From Eubacteriales bacterium (GTDB taxonomy: Bacteria; Bacillota; Clostridia; Oscillospirales; CAG-272): a stretch of 64,000 nucleotides of DNA. The position numbers and the translations under genes were made by a program. Under the pieces are notes generated by a model. It saw only the letters and a list, made by a program, of their open reading frames with translations. It made no database searches and was not told the origin of the DNA. Numbering within the stretch: position 1 is the stretch's first letter; every line of letters starts with the position of its first letter. Shown in pieces: positions 10,290 through 19,920 of this stretch. The stretch lies in the NCBI GenBank assembly GCA_045537235.1, contig JAZSPB010000175.1, positions 2,811 through 66,810 on the forward strand. The letters run 5' to 3'.

Positions 10290-11219
10290 ATGGAAAGCGA
10301 ATACAGTATATCCTTAAAACAGATCATTGATGAATTTCAACTGGAGGTCATCCATCTCCCTTGCCCCGCCGAGGAGATCATGATCAAAAACACCGAAGTC
10401 AACCGCCCGGGTCTTGCTCTTGCGGGCTTTTTCGGCAACTTTGAGCCTTCCCGAATCGAGATCATCGGAAGAGCGGAAACCGGATATTTGGAACAAATGT
10501 CGACCGAAGAACGCATCCTCAAGCTGCGCCAATTCATCGACCAAAAGCCCGCTTGTGTTATTGTTTCCACCGGGCTGGATGTTTTCGATGAAATGTATGA
10601 TGAAGCCAAAAAAATAGGTGTTCCTCTGCTCCGAACCAAGGAAAAGACCAGCCCTCTTATGGCGGCGCTGATCGCCTCTCTCAACACCCATCTCGGTCCT
10701 CGCATCACGCGCCACGGTGTTTTGGTCGAGGTGTACGGCGAAGGAATTTTGATCCTCGGTGACAGCGGTGTCGGTAAGAGCGAAACCGCCATTGAATTGG
10801 TCAAACGCGGACACCGTCTCATTGCGGATGACGCGGTAGAGATCAAACGTGTGTCGGCAAAAACCCTTGTGGGAAGTGCCCCCGAGATCATTCGCCACTA
10901 TGTGGAGTTGCGCGGCATCGGCATTGTGGATGTCAAGCGCCTGTTCGGTGTCGGTGCTGTTAAGGATACCGAAAAGGTCAACCTCGTTATCAACCTTGAG
11001 CATTGGGTCAACGGTAAAATGTATGACCGTCTGGGTCTTGACAACGAGACTATGGATATTTTAGGAATCGAAATCCCCTCTATCACCATCCCCGTCAAGC
11101 CCGGTCGTAACCTCGCCATCATCTTTGAGATCGCGGCTATGAACAACCGTCAAAAGCGCATGGGCTACAACACCGCTGAGGAGTTTAACAAGCGCTTGAT
11201 GGAACAAATGGGAGGTTGA
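10290..11219 (+). CDS. hprK: HPr(Ser) kinase/phosphorylase
   Basis: NRPGLALAGF, HGVLVEVYGEGILILGDSGVGKSETAIELVKRGHRLIADD, PVKPGRN; GGAGG RBS. Confidence 0.97.
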   Translation: MESEYSISLKQIIDEFQLEVIHLPCPAEEIMIKNTEVNRPGLALAGFFGNFEPSRIEIIGRAETGYLEQMSTEERILKLRQFIDQKPACVIVSTGLDVFDEMYDEAKKIGVPLLRTKEKTSPLMAALIASLNTHLGPRITRHGVLVEVYGEGILILGDSGVGKSETAIELVKRGHRLIADDAVEIKRVSAKTLVGSAPEIIRHYVELRGIGIVDVKRLFGVGAVKDTEKVNLVINLEHWVNGKMYDRLGLDNETMDILGIEIPSITIPVKPGRNLAIIFEIAAMNNRQKRMGYNTAEEFNKRLMEQMGG

Positions 11220-11220
11220 T

Positions 11221-11405
11221 CGCCTGCGGGCGTGGGAGGTCGCTTTCTTGAAAAAAAGCTCCGCAAAAAACTTTTCTAATGTCCCCTTTTTGGGGGGTGT
11301 GCGAACATAGCAAGCCCCGGTGGGGGCAGCGTGTTTGCTCCGATTTGGCAAGGGCACATTAGAAAAGTTTTTGCGGAGCTTTTCTTCAAAAAGCGACCTC
11401 CCACG
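11221..11405. repeat. Family A long palindromic repeat, copy A2
   Basis: Same arms as A1, between convergent hprK and AraC genes. Confidence 0.92.
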
Positions 11406-11409
11406 AAAA

Positions 11410-12147
11410 CTAGGTCTCCGACGGTGGGTAACCGAAAAATTTACGGTAGGCGCGACTGAACTGATAGATATCCGAATACCCGACAGCGGCGGCGATCTCT
11501 CCCACGGGGCGTTTCTCTTTGGCTAAAACACGGGCTCGCTCCATGCGGAGCTCCTGCAATGCTTTGAAGGGGGTCACTCCTCTGTAGCGAACAAATAGCT
11601 TTCGCAAATAGACCTCGCTGACATAACACGCGTCGGCTATATGTTTTACGGTCAACGATGGTTCGGTGTAATGCTCTGCCATATATGCCAATGCTATAGC
11701 GGGAATCTCTTGAGTGGCAGACATATTGGACGGCGCGGCAAGCAATCGATCTGCTAACGAGTACATTTCACTCAAGATCAAAAGCCTCCCTCCGTCGCGC
11801 AAACGGGTGGCCTTCTCGATGGTGTCAAAGCAATTTCTTGCAAAGAGTTCGGGAACGGGGGTCAGTGATTGCGGGAGCTGTGACGTACCTTCGGCATAAA
11901 AATTAAAAACCAAACTTTCCGCGTCCTCTTCGCATTCATTGACATAGGAGAGCCCCCGCGGCAAAAAGACGGAATGCTCTCGGTCGGCTATCAACGAACC
12001 TTGCTCACACGAAAAGCGAATCCGACCGCAAAAGGTCACGATAAAACCGTCCGCATACCGATCTTTGAAAACCAATCGCTTACCACGCAAATCAAAAACG
12101 TGAAGCGCATTGTTAAAATCTCTGATTGTAAAAGTGCTTTTATCCAC
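11410..12147 (-). CDS. AraC-family transcriptional regulator
   Basis: C-terminal VGEIAAAVGYSDIYQFSRAYRKFFGYPP; GTG start with GGAGGT RBS. Confidence 0.88.
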   Translation of the reverse strand: MDKSTFTIRDFNNALHVFDLRGKRLVFKDRYADGFIVTFCGRIRFSCEQGSLIADREHSVFLPRGLSYVNECEEDAESLVFNFYAEGTSQLPQSLTPVPELFARNCFDTIEKATRLRDGGRLLILSEMYSLADRLLAAPSNMSATQEIPAIALAYMAEHYTEPSLTVKHIADACYVSEVYLRKLFVRYRGVTPFKALQELRMERARVLAKEKRPVGEIAAAVGYSDIYQFSRAYRKFFGYPPSET

Positions 12148-12317
12148 ACGACCACCTCCCCAATTATCATAGCATAAGAGAATGAAAATGTCAAACAAAA
12201 AACGAAAACAGCCCACAAAAGTATACAAAAAGTATCGTTTTGATCAAATTCAATATCGAAACTGACATGGACTCACAGCTTGGCACATGGTATACTACAA
12301 AAAAAGGAGGGATTCTT

Positions 12318-13055
12318 ATGAATTTTAACGAAAAAACCGCATTGATCACAGGTGCATCGGTCGGAATCGGGCGTGCCGTAGCTTTCGGACTTGCCGAGTT
12401 GGGTGCTGACCTGGTCTTGGTCGACATTGATTTTGAAAAGCTGTGTTCTGTCAAAAAAGAATTGGAAATTTATCAACGCAATATTCTCATTTTCGAATGT
12501 GACGTAACCGACGAAGCAAAGGTCGAGCAGATTACCGCCGAAGCGATTTCTCATTTTCAAAAAATCGATATTTTGATCAACAATGCCGCTCTTTGGCGTT
12601 TGTCCAAGCCCTTTTTGGAAACCACCAATGAGGAATGGCGCCGTTTTTGGGATGTCAATGTGATGGGACCCGTAAACTTTATCCGCGCAACACTGGGCGG
12701 AATGTTGGAACGCGGTTACGGACGGATCGTCAATGTGGCCTCGGTTGCCGGTGTCTACGGCAATGCCAAAATGGTCAACTATTCTGCCACCAAAGGCGCT
12801 TTGATCGCCATGACAAAAGCTTTGGCCAAAGAAGTAAGCAATCAAGGCGTTATCGTCAACTGCGTGTCCCCCGGCACGGTCAGCCCCTCAAAGAATTCCG
12901 ACATGGATTTTTACACCACCACCGAGCTTTGCGTCATGGGACGTACCGGAACCGACCGCGAAAACGCCAACCTCATCCTCTTTTTGGCAAGCGATGAAGC
13001 CCCCTATCTTGCCGGTCAAAACATCTTGATCGACGGCTGTCGAAAGAAAATTTGA
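12318..13055 (+). CDS. Short-chain dehydrogenase/reductase (FabG-like)
   Basis: TGASVGIG, NNAA, YSATK motifs; AAGGAGG RBS. Confidence 0.92.
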   Translation: MNFNEKTALITGASVGIGRAVAFGLAELGADLVLVDIDFEKLCSVKKELEIYQRNILIFECDVTDEAKVEQITAEAISHFQKIDILINNAALWRLSKPFLETTNEEWRRFWDVNVMGPVNFIRATLGGMLERGYGRIVNVASVAGVYGNAKMVNYSATKGALIAMTKALAKEVSNQGVIVNCVSPGTVSPSKNSDMDFYTTTELCVMGRTGTDRENANLILFLASDEAPYLAGQNILIDGCRKKI

Positions 13056-13289
13056 GGCGGTGATGCGCCTGCGGGCGCGGGGAGGTCGCTTTTTGAAAAA
13101 AGCTCCGCAAAAACTTTTCTAATGTGCCCTTGCGAAATTTGAGCGAACACACTGCCCCCACCGGGGTTTCGCTATGTTCGCTCAAACGCCCAAAAGGGCA
13201 CATTAGAAAAGTTTTTTGCGGAGCTTTTTTTCAAAAAAGCGACCTCCCCGCGCCCGCGGCGCATCACCGGCCTCAAATTTTCTTTCGAC
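13039..13289. repeat. Family A long palindromic repeat, copy A3 (core inverted relative to the other copies; symmetry extends into both flanking genes)
   Basis: GTCGAAAGAAAATTTGA at 13039-13055 is the exact reverse complement of 13273-13289. Confidence 0.92.
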
Positions 13290-13932
13290 GCGAGACATCA
13301 CGGTGATCCAAATTCCAACCGACTGCGGCACCAAATGTGGCACCGATCGCCATGCCTAAGGAAGTTCCGCCAAAGGCTTCTCCCATGGCCACACCCGTTC
13401 CAAGACCGATACAAAGACAAATGATCAGCCAAGCGGATTGATTTTTCTCCCGTTCGAAAAAGCCGTCTTCGCGATTTTGCACAAAGCCGAAGCTGCGCAA
13501 AAAAGTTTCTTCGTCTTCGTTCATCGAGGCCACGCGAATATAGTAGACTGCGCGGTGGTTAAATGCCCACTCGCAGACGCGGGAAAACACATAGGCAAAG
13601 GTGGGAGAATTATAGCCGACGGCAGGATAAAGCGCCATGGAAAGTTCCCGTCCCTCGGAAGGGCGTCCCAAAATACGAACGGCGCCCACAAATTCACCGT
13701 CCTCTTGACTCACACCGATCCAAAGGGTATTCCACATGATTCCGCCCTCATCGATGTGCTCCTCCGCAAGGCATTCGGTAACCAACGCGGCAAGGAACTC
13801 ACGGTCAAGATCATCATACAGTGCGCCGCAAAGCTCGCACACGCGCTGATACTCGCCGCTCATGAGAGCATCCAGCCCTTCGCGGTCAAGCGCGGTGATC
13901 ACCAATTTTCGTCTTCGGCTTTTCAGTTGCAT
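13273..13932 (-). CDS. GNAT-like protein with C-terminal glycine-rich membrane segment
   Basis: WNTLWIGVSQEDGEFVGAVRILGRP acetyltransferase-like segment; GLGTGVAMG...GMAIGATFGAAVG tail; GAAAGGA RBS. Confidence 0.6.
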   Translation of the reverse strand: MQLKSRRRKLVITALDREGLDALMSGEYQRVCELCGALYDDLDREFLAALVTECLAEEHIDEGGIMWNTLWIGVSQEDGEFVGAVRILGRPSEGRELSMALYPAVGYNSPTFAYVFSRVCEWAFNHRAVYYIRVASMNEDEETFLRSFGFVQNREDGFFEREKNQSAWLIICLCIGLGTGVAMGEAFGGTSLGMAIGATFGAAVGWNLDHRDVSRRKKI

Positions 13933-13984
13933 GACTTTCCTTTCTCCGCAAGCTGCCGCCTGCGATCATAAAATATTCCCCGAC

Positions 13985-15379
13985 TCAAACGTGGATGGTG
14001 AGAGTTCCTTGCAACAACTGCTTTCTTAAATAGAAATAGTAGAACAAGCTTCCCACTATGGCAATTATCCATGTAATGGGATAGGAGGCATACAAATAAT
14101 AAATATTATTCACGTTCTCCGGCGAACCGGGAAAAATGCGACAGACCGTAAAAACCCACACCACGCGCATCAAGCAAGTGCCGATCAGCACGATCATGGT
14201 AGGGATCAATTGCTTACCCATTCCCTTGAGCATATAACTGCAAGTATCCATCACTCCGCACACAAGATAGGGCGCGCAGATTCCGAAAAGACGGCGCATT
14301 CCCGCCTCTACTACAAGCGGTTCTCCGGGGACATAGAAATTGAGCAAGATCGGTCCCATGCTAACAGCAACGGCCGAAAGTACCGCGCCGATGCAGGACG
14401 CCAAAAGCATACCGCAACCAAGCACCTTGTCAAGTCGCTTGTATTTCCCCGCCCCCATATTCTGTCCCGCAAAGACGATCACTCCTTGCGCGACCGAGTT
14501 CATGGCGGTATACACAAAGCCATCGATATTCGCGGCTGCCGCGTGACCCGAGATCACCGTGTCGCCATAGGAATTGACAGTGGATTGGATCAACACATTG
14601 GAGAACGAGAACAGCATGGATTGAAGGCACGCGGGAATACCGAGACGGAAGATACGAAACAGCGCAATTCGATCCACGCACAGCTCCGAAAAGCGGATGC
14701 GACAGGGGCCGGAGGGACGAGTCATGTAGATCAGGATCAGCGCCAGCGCAACATACTGCGAAATTGCCGTTGCAATACCCACACCGATCGCGCCCATACC
14801 CAAGCCCAACACCATGATCAGATTAAAAACCACATTGGAAAGACCTGCCACGGCAAGGAAGATCAGCGGTCGCTTGGTATCCCCCGACGAACGCAGAGCC
14901 GAAGCCAAATAGTTATACATCAGCGACGCGGGGATGCCGAGGAAATAAGCCTTCATGTAGGGTACCGCCTCGGACAGAACATTGTCGGGCGTGTCCATCA
15001 GTTGAAGCAGAGGACGGGCAAAGAAAAAGCCGATACCCGCCACGGCGATTCCCAATACCATAGCCGCCACCATTGCCGTATGTACGACCTTCCCCATCCG
15101 ATCGCGGGAACCGCTTCCGATGTCGTGTGCCACGGCAACACCCACACCAAGGGAAAGTCCCATAGAGGAATTGACGATCAAATTGATCAGAGCACCACAG
15201 GCACCTACTGCCCCTACCGCTACTACGCCATTTTCGGCAAACCGTCCCACTACGGCGATATCCGCCGCATTAAACAAAAGCTGGAGGATACCCGTCAGCA
15301 TGATGGGAACGGAAAACCGTAACATTTTCAAGAGGATCGGTCCCTCTACCATGCTGATATCTTTTGTTTTTCTAATCAC
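13985..15379 (-). CDS. MATE-family efflux transporter
   Basis: Multiple hydrophobic helices; LFNAADIAVVG, LRSSGDTKRPL, GQNMGAGK. Confidence 0.93.
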   Translation of the reverse strand: MIRKTKDISMVEGPILLKMLRFSVPIMLTGILQLLFNAADIAVVGRFAENGVVAVGAVGACGALINLIVNSSMGLSLGVGVAVAHDIGSGSRDRMGKVVHTAMVAAMVLGIAVAGIGFFFARPLLQLMDTPDNVLSEAVPYMKAYFLGIPASLMYNYLASALRSSGDTKRPLIFLAVAGLSNVVFNLIMVLGLGMGAIGVGIATAISQYVALALILIYMTRPSGPCRIRFSELCVDRIALFRIFRLGIPACLQSMLFSFSNVLIQSTVNSYGDTVISGHAAAANIDGFVYTAMNSVAQGVIVFAGQNMGAGKYKRLDKVLGCGMLLASCIGAVLSAVAVSMGPILLNFYVPGEPLVVEAGMRRLFGICAPYLVCGVMDTCSYMLKGMGKQLIPTMIVLIGTCLMRVVWVFTVCRIFPGSPENVNNIYYLYASYPITWIIAIVGSLFYYFYLRKQLLQGTLTIHV

Positions 15380-15530
15380 TGAAATCGCCTCGCTTAAAAC
15401 CTAATTGATATTTAAATAAATTATATAGCACGATTTATATAACACGATATTTAATATAGCACGAAACCGACGGTTTGTCAATCGGATGACCGAAAATCGC
15501 AAAAAAGATGACCGAAAATCACAAAAAAGA

Positions 15531-16415
15531 TCAAATCTTTTTTTCTCCCCAAAGCTCCCCGACAAAGGTCGCGCCAAGTATGAGAACTCCCCCGACAACG
15601 CCTCCCCATCCCATCGTCTCGTTCAGTAGAAGCTCTGACAAAACTACCGCAAGAATGGGATCAATGTAACTGAAAAGAGCCACCGTCTGTGCCGAAAGAT
15701 CGCGCATCGCGCCAAAATACAGGGCATATGCCACCCCGGTATGCAAAACACCGACCGTCAGCAAAAGGGCGATCGTCATGGGGGAAAGGACAACGGTCGA
15801 CAGATCCTCGGTCAAAAGTACATACGGCAACAGCACGGCAAAGGATGCCCCAAGCTGCATGACGGTTCGATCATAGGCAGAAATATCGCGCAATTTCTTG
15901 TTGAGTAAAATCACCGCGGCATAAAGCGCCGCCGCCGAAAGCCCAAGAAGAATACCGCGAAGCTCGCCCATATCGGACACCCCTACATTCAGCACATCGG
16001 ACACCAAGACCATACCCAAAAGTGCGATAAGAGCCAAGACCAGCTTGCGCACCGTCAACCGTTCTCCAAGAACCAAAGGTGCCGCCAAGGTCACAAAAAT
16101 GGGAGCCATATAATAGCAAAGGGTCGCCGTAGCCACCGAGGTATAGTTGTAAGACTCAAACAAAAGGATCCAGTTAAAGCCGATCAGACCACCGGAAACC
16201 AACAGCAAAAGCAGATTTCTTCGGATCGCCTCGCGTGACAGTTTCTCTCGCTTGATTGCCAACACCAAAAGCAGAAACAGCACGCCGACAAGCCCTCGTA
16301 CCAAAGCGACCGGTCCCGAGGGCAGTGGAATATATTTTCGAAAGATACCGATGGTTCCGAAAATGACCATGGCACCGATCAACCGAATTTTTGCCGAATT
16401 CTCCTTGCTGTTCAT
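15531..16415 (-). CDS. DMT/EamA-family transporter
   Basis: About 10 TM helices; ATATLCYYMAPIFV, LFSYIDPILAV. Confidence 0.9.
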   Translation of the reverse strand: MNSKENSAKIRLIGAMVIFGTIGIFRKYIPLPSGPVALVRGLVGVLFLLLVLAIKREKLSREAIRRNLLLLLVSGGLIGFNWILLFESYNYTSVATATLCYYMAPIFVTLAAPLVLGERLTVRKLVLALIALLGMVLVSDVLNVGVSDMGELRGILLGLSAAALYAAVILLNKKLRDISAYDRTVMQLGASFAVLLPYVLLTEDLSTVVLSPMTIALLLTVGVLHTGVAYALYFGAMRDLSAQTVALFSYIDPILAVVLSELLLNETMGWGGVVGGVLILGATFVGELWGEKKI

Positions 16416-16485
16416 AGAAATCCCCTTTTCTTCCTGTGCTTACCGAATCCAATTATAGCACATCACAGCATAGAATACAAGGGGA

Positions 16486-16710
16486 TCATCGAAAATCAAA
16501 CAACTCCTTGGGGCTGATCTCCAAAACCTCGCACAGCTTGAAGATCACGTCAAAGGAAACACCCACATTGCCCAACTCAATGGCGCTGATATGACTTCTG
16601 TCGATGTCTGCCAGCTCGGCCAACTGCAATTGGGTCAGTTTCTTGCGCTTGCGATAGTAGACCACGTTCAATCCGAACTTTTCATACAGACCTTTATACT
16701 CCGCTTTCAT
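16486..16710 (-). CDS. Small XRE-family HTH regulator (74 aa)
   Basis: LTQLQLAELADIDRSHISAIELG; GGAGGTGA RBS before ATG 16710. Confidence 0.88.
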   Translation of the reverse strand: MKAEYKGLYEKFGLNVVYYRKRKKLTQLQLAELADIDRSHISAIELGNVGVSFDVIFKLCEVLEISPKELFDFR

Positions 16711-16993
16711 TGGCTTCACCTCCGTATACCTATATTGTATAGGCATACGAGACAATAATAAACCTTGTGAAAATATCGTTGTGCTATTGACACAAGTCAT
16801 TTTTTGTGCTATAATGTCAAAGTGGCGAAAAAAGCATTCAAAAAAAGATTCGGAACCGTGCCCTGCACCAATTCCAAAATCATCCTTTCGAAATCGCTTG
16901 ACAACCGCATTCGCGTATGGTAAAATAAAATATCCCCTTTTCGGGCGGACGGTGCCATACGGCAAAAACCATTCATTTTTAAGGAGGTCACTT

Positions 16994-17557
16994 ATGAGTC
17001 TGTTCCAAAAACAACAAAATCTCTCCCCCCGTGCGCAGTTGGAAAACAACTACCGCATCAGCCGTGCCAATCTGTTGGCAGTTGTCGCATTCACTTTGCT
17101 CAATGTCATCCTCGCGCTGTTCGGAGGAAAAGTTTATCTTCTCTTCTCCGCGTCCGTACCCTATTATTTGGTGATAAACGCCATGGCACTTTGCGGAAAA
17201 CTGCCCGCGGAATACTATGATTTTGAAAACTACATTTACGATTTTTGGGGAACCGAGTTTCTCTTCGCCATGACCGCGATCGCCATCGTTATCATTGCGC
17301 TGTTTGCTCTGTTCTGGCTCCTTTCCAAGCGGAACATGGCATTTCTCATCGCTTCGCTGGTTCTCTTTGGCTTGGATACGGTCGGAATGTTCGTTCTCTT
17401 CGGATTCTCCTCGGATATGATCTTGGATATCGTTTTCCATGCGTGGGTCATTTATTACTTGATTCTCGGCATTGTTGCAGGGGTAAAGCTCAAAAATCTG
17501 CCGCCCGAGGAAGCTGAAGTAGTGATCGAACCGTCCTTTGATTCCGATTTGGTTTAA
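16994..17557 (+). CDS. Hypothetical integral membrane protein
   Basis: AAGGAGGT RBS before ATG 16994; about five hydrophobic segments. Confidence 0.8.
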   Translation: MSLFQKQQNLSPRAQLENNYRISRANLLAVVAFTLLNVILALFGGKVYLLFSASVPYYLVINAMALCGKLPAEYYDFENYIYDFWGTEFLFAMTAIAIVIIALFALFWLLSKRNMAFLIASLVLFGLDTVGMFVLFGFSSDMILDIVFHAWVIYYLILGIVAGVKLKNLPPEEAEVVIEPSFDSDLV

Positions 17558-17569
17558 TATTGGATCGGA

Positions 17570-17770
17570 GGCGCCTGCGGGCGCGGGGAGGTCGCTTTTT
17601 TGAAAAAAAGCTCCGCAAAAAACTTTTCTAATGTGCCCTTTTGTGTGTTTGTGCAAACATAGCAAAACCCCGGTGGGGGCAGTGTGTTCGCTCAAATTTC
17701 GCAAGGGCACATTAGAAAAGTTTTTGCGGAGCTTTTTTCAAAAAGCGACCTCCCCGCGCCCGCGGGCGCC
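17570..17770. repeat. Family A long palindromic repeat, copy A4
   Basis: Same arms, between convergent genes. Confidence 0.92.
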
Positions 17771-17804
17771 GCTTGTCTTCTTGAACCATTCTCGCTGACA
17801 AAAT

Positions 17805-18953
17805 TTAATAATTCAATCCCATAGAACAATGGTGATCTTCGGTAAATTCGGTTACTCCCCAAGACATCAGCTTCTCGTACTCCTCAAAATCACGGCGCTT
17901 AATGCCCCATGCTGCAGCAAACATCCCCGCATTGCGAATGGAGGTGGCAATGTGCTCGGTGTATCTTCCGAAAAGAACTTCCATTCCCACACGGCAAGCG
18001 TGGGTGTCGATTCCTGTGGCAAGGAGATCGTCGACATGAGAGTCCTCCCATTGGTTGATATCGTATGTATAGCCGTCGATCTCTGTTCCAAAGACAGAAT
18101 AAGCCGTTTTCAATTGCTCCAAATTAAAGCTTTTAATATGGAATTTCTTCAGCAAGCCGCGTTTTTCAAGCATATCCTTTACCTGCTGCCATTGTTTCGG
18201 GGTCAGCCCGGGATGGGTGCTGAACATGGGACGCATTCCCGTTTTGGCGCACAGATCGAAGAAGTCTGAAAGGAGAGGAAGAGCCGTTCCTTTGTAAATT
18301 TCATTTTTATAGGAGCCGTATTCCCATTGCCCAAGCTCGTCATACGTCTTATCTCCGATAAAGATCGGCTCTTCGGGCGCATTCCCTTCGGCATCTCTTG
18401 CCGTTCTGTTGATCATTTTATCGTCGTGCATACACACAAAAATGCCATCCTTTGTGACCTTGGGTACTACGATACAAGCGGGAAAGCCACACGCCGCCGC
18501 CAATTCAAACGCAGGCATGGTATTGTCGGGCGCAAGACCCCAAAAACCGAGATGGGCATTGTGTCGAGGCCCGCCATTCCAATCCTTGGCACCCATATCG
18601 TGGGACGTACCGAAATCCTTGACAGACAAGACCGTTCCTTCGGGAATATCCACGCATACACTCAGCGTCATGTTGGGCAAAAACAGGGGGGGAACACGCC
18701 ACATCTGACGGGTGTATTCGCCCGCCTTTCCGATTCGATAATCATGGGAAGCATAGAGCGGCGCATCTTGCCCCTCTACCGTTATTTCAAATCGAATTTT
18801 TGGCTTGCCCTCACCAACATAAGCCGAAAGTGCGCTCACAATGGGGCAAGCGGTGCCACCTTCGACGGGGCAAACAAGAGAAAAGCTGTTCTTGATCTGC
18901 AAAACACCGTCAAGCGAATCTCCGAATGGCAATAGCGAATGGTAAGAAAGCAT
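17805..18953 (-). CDS. Glycerophosphodiester phosphodiesterase-family protein with N-terminal extension
   Basis: AHLGFWGLAPDNTMPAF, TKDGIFVCMHD, WGVTEFTED. Confidence 0.75.
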   Translation of the reverse strand: MLSYHSLLPFGDSLDGVLQIKNSFSLVCPVEGGTACPIVSALSAYVGEGKPKIRFEITVEGQDAPLYASHDYRIGKAGEYTRQMWRVPPLFLPNMTLSVCVDIPEGTVLSVKDFGTSHDMGAKDWNGGPRHNAHLGFWGLAPDNTMPAFELAAACGFPACIVVPKVTKDGIFVCMHDDKMINRTARDAEGNAPEEPIFIGDKTYDELGQWEYGSYKNEIYKGTALPLLSDFFDLCAKTGMRPMFSTHPGLTPKQWQQVKDMLEKRGLLKKFHIKSFNLEQLKTAYSVFGTEIDGYTYDINQWEDSHVDDLLATGIDTHACRVGMEVLFGRYTEHIATSIRNAGMFAAAWGIKRRDFEEYEKLMSWGVTEFTEDHHCSMGLNY

Positions 18954-18964
18954 GGTTTTTCTCC

Positions 18965-19627
18965 TTATTTCATCTGTGTGATACAGTCATACAGTTCTTG
19001 CGGTTTTTCAATCAAACGGTCGGCACCGTTTTCCAGCAGCTCCTCGCGACCGCGGAAGCCCCAAAGCACGCCGACGGTATACATTCCTGCATTTTTTCCC
19101 GTCTGCATATCGGTAGAGGTATCTCCGATGTAAAGACATTCCTCCCGCGTGGCACCGAATTTTTCCATTACCGAGAGGACTACGGTGGGATCGGGCTTTA
19201 ACACGCCTCCCGGCACCTGCCCCGTAACAAAATCAAAATACCCCTCCCCGTACAATTCCTTTACCACGGTGCGCGTCGCAAAGTCGGGCTTGTTGGACAC
19301 GATGGCTATACGAATGCCTTGTGCTTTGATGGCATCCAAGGTCTCACGAAGGCCTTCGAAGACCGTAGTTTTGTAGGAAACATTGGCATCGTAGGCTGTG
19401 TTGTAATCGCGGAACACCTTTTGATAAAGCTCATCGGTATAGCAATTCCGAAAATTCAACATTCCGCGCAAAAGATTGGCAACGCCTCGCCCTGCCAAAT
19501 ATTTGTACTCGTTGACTTCGATCGGCTCAATGCCGTTCATTTCCAATGCGGTGTTGCCGAAATGGGCAATGGATTTGACGGTATCCAAAACCGTTCCGTC
19601 CAAATCAAATATACATAGCTTGATCAT
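18965..19627 (-). CDS. HAD-family hydrolase (phosphoglycolate phosphatase-like)
   Basis: FDLDGTVLD, SNK, KPDP, IGDTSTD motifs. Confidence 0.92.
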   Translation of the reverse strand: MIKLCIFDLDGTVLDTVKSIAHFGNTALEMNGIEPIEVNEYKYLAGRGVANLLRGMLNFRNCYTDELYQKVFRDYNTAYDANVSYKTTVFEGLRETLDAIKAQGIRIAIVSNKPDFATRTVVKELYGEGYFDFVTGQVPGGVLKPDPTVVLSVMEKFGATREECLYIGDTSTDMQTGKNAGMYTVGVLWGFRGREELLENGADRLIEKPQELYDCITQMK

Positions 19628-19920
19628 TTTGTTTTCTCTTCCCGATTGATAATAATATTATATTATTGATAATAATATTATATTAATTATACATATTTTC
19701 CGACAAAAGTCAATGACTTCGACACAATTTGTATCCTTGGAGAGGCACCTGCGGAGGGCGGTCCCCCTGCTGAAAGAAAAACAGCATTTCCCCCCAAAAT
19801 ACGAAAAGCACTTTGAAATCTCAAAAATAACGAAAAGCCTTGCTTTTTCCAAAACTTGTGATATAATCATACATGTTTATGGAAACTTTATCCATCCCTA
19901 CAGTACAGTGAGGTATCACT

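Noticed and set aside
6181..17710. Short ORFs sharing peptides such as KFFAELFFKKATS or EKFLRSFFQKAT
   Set aside because: They are translations of family A repeats, not a gene family.
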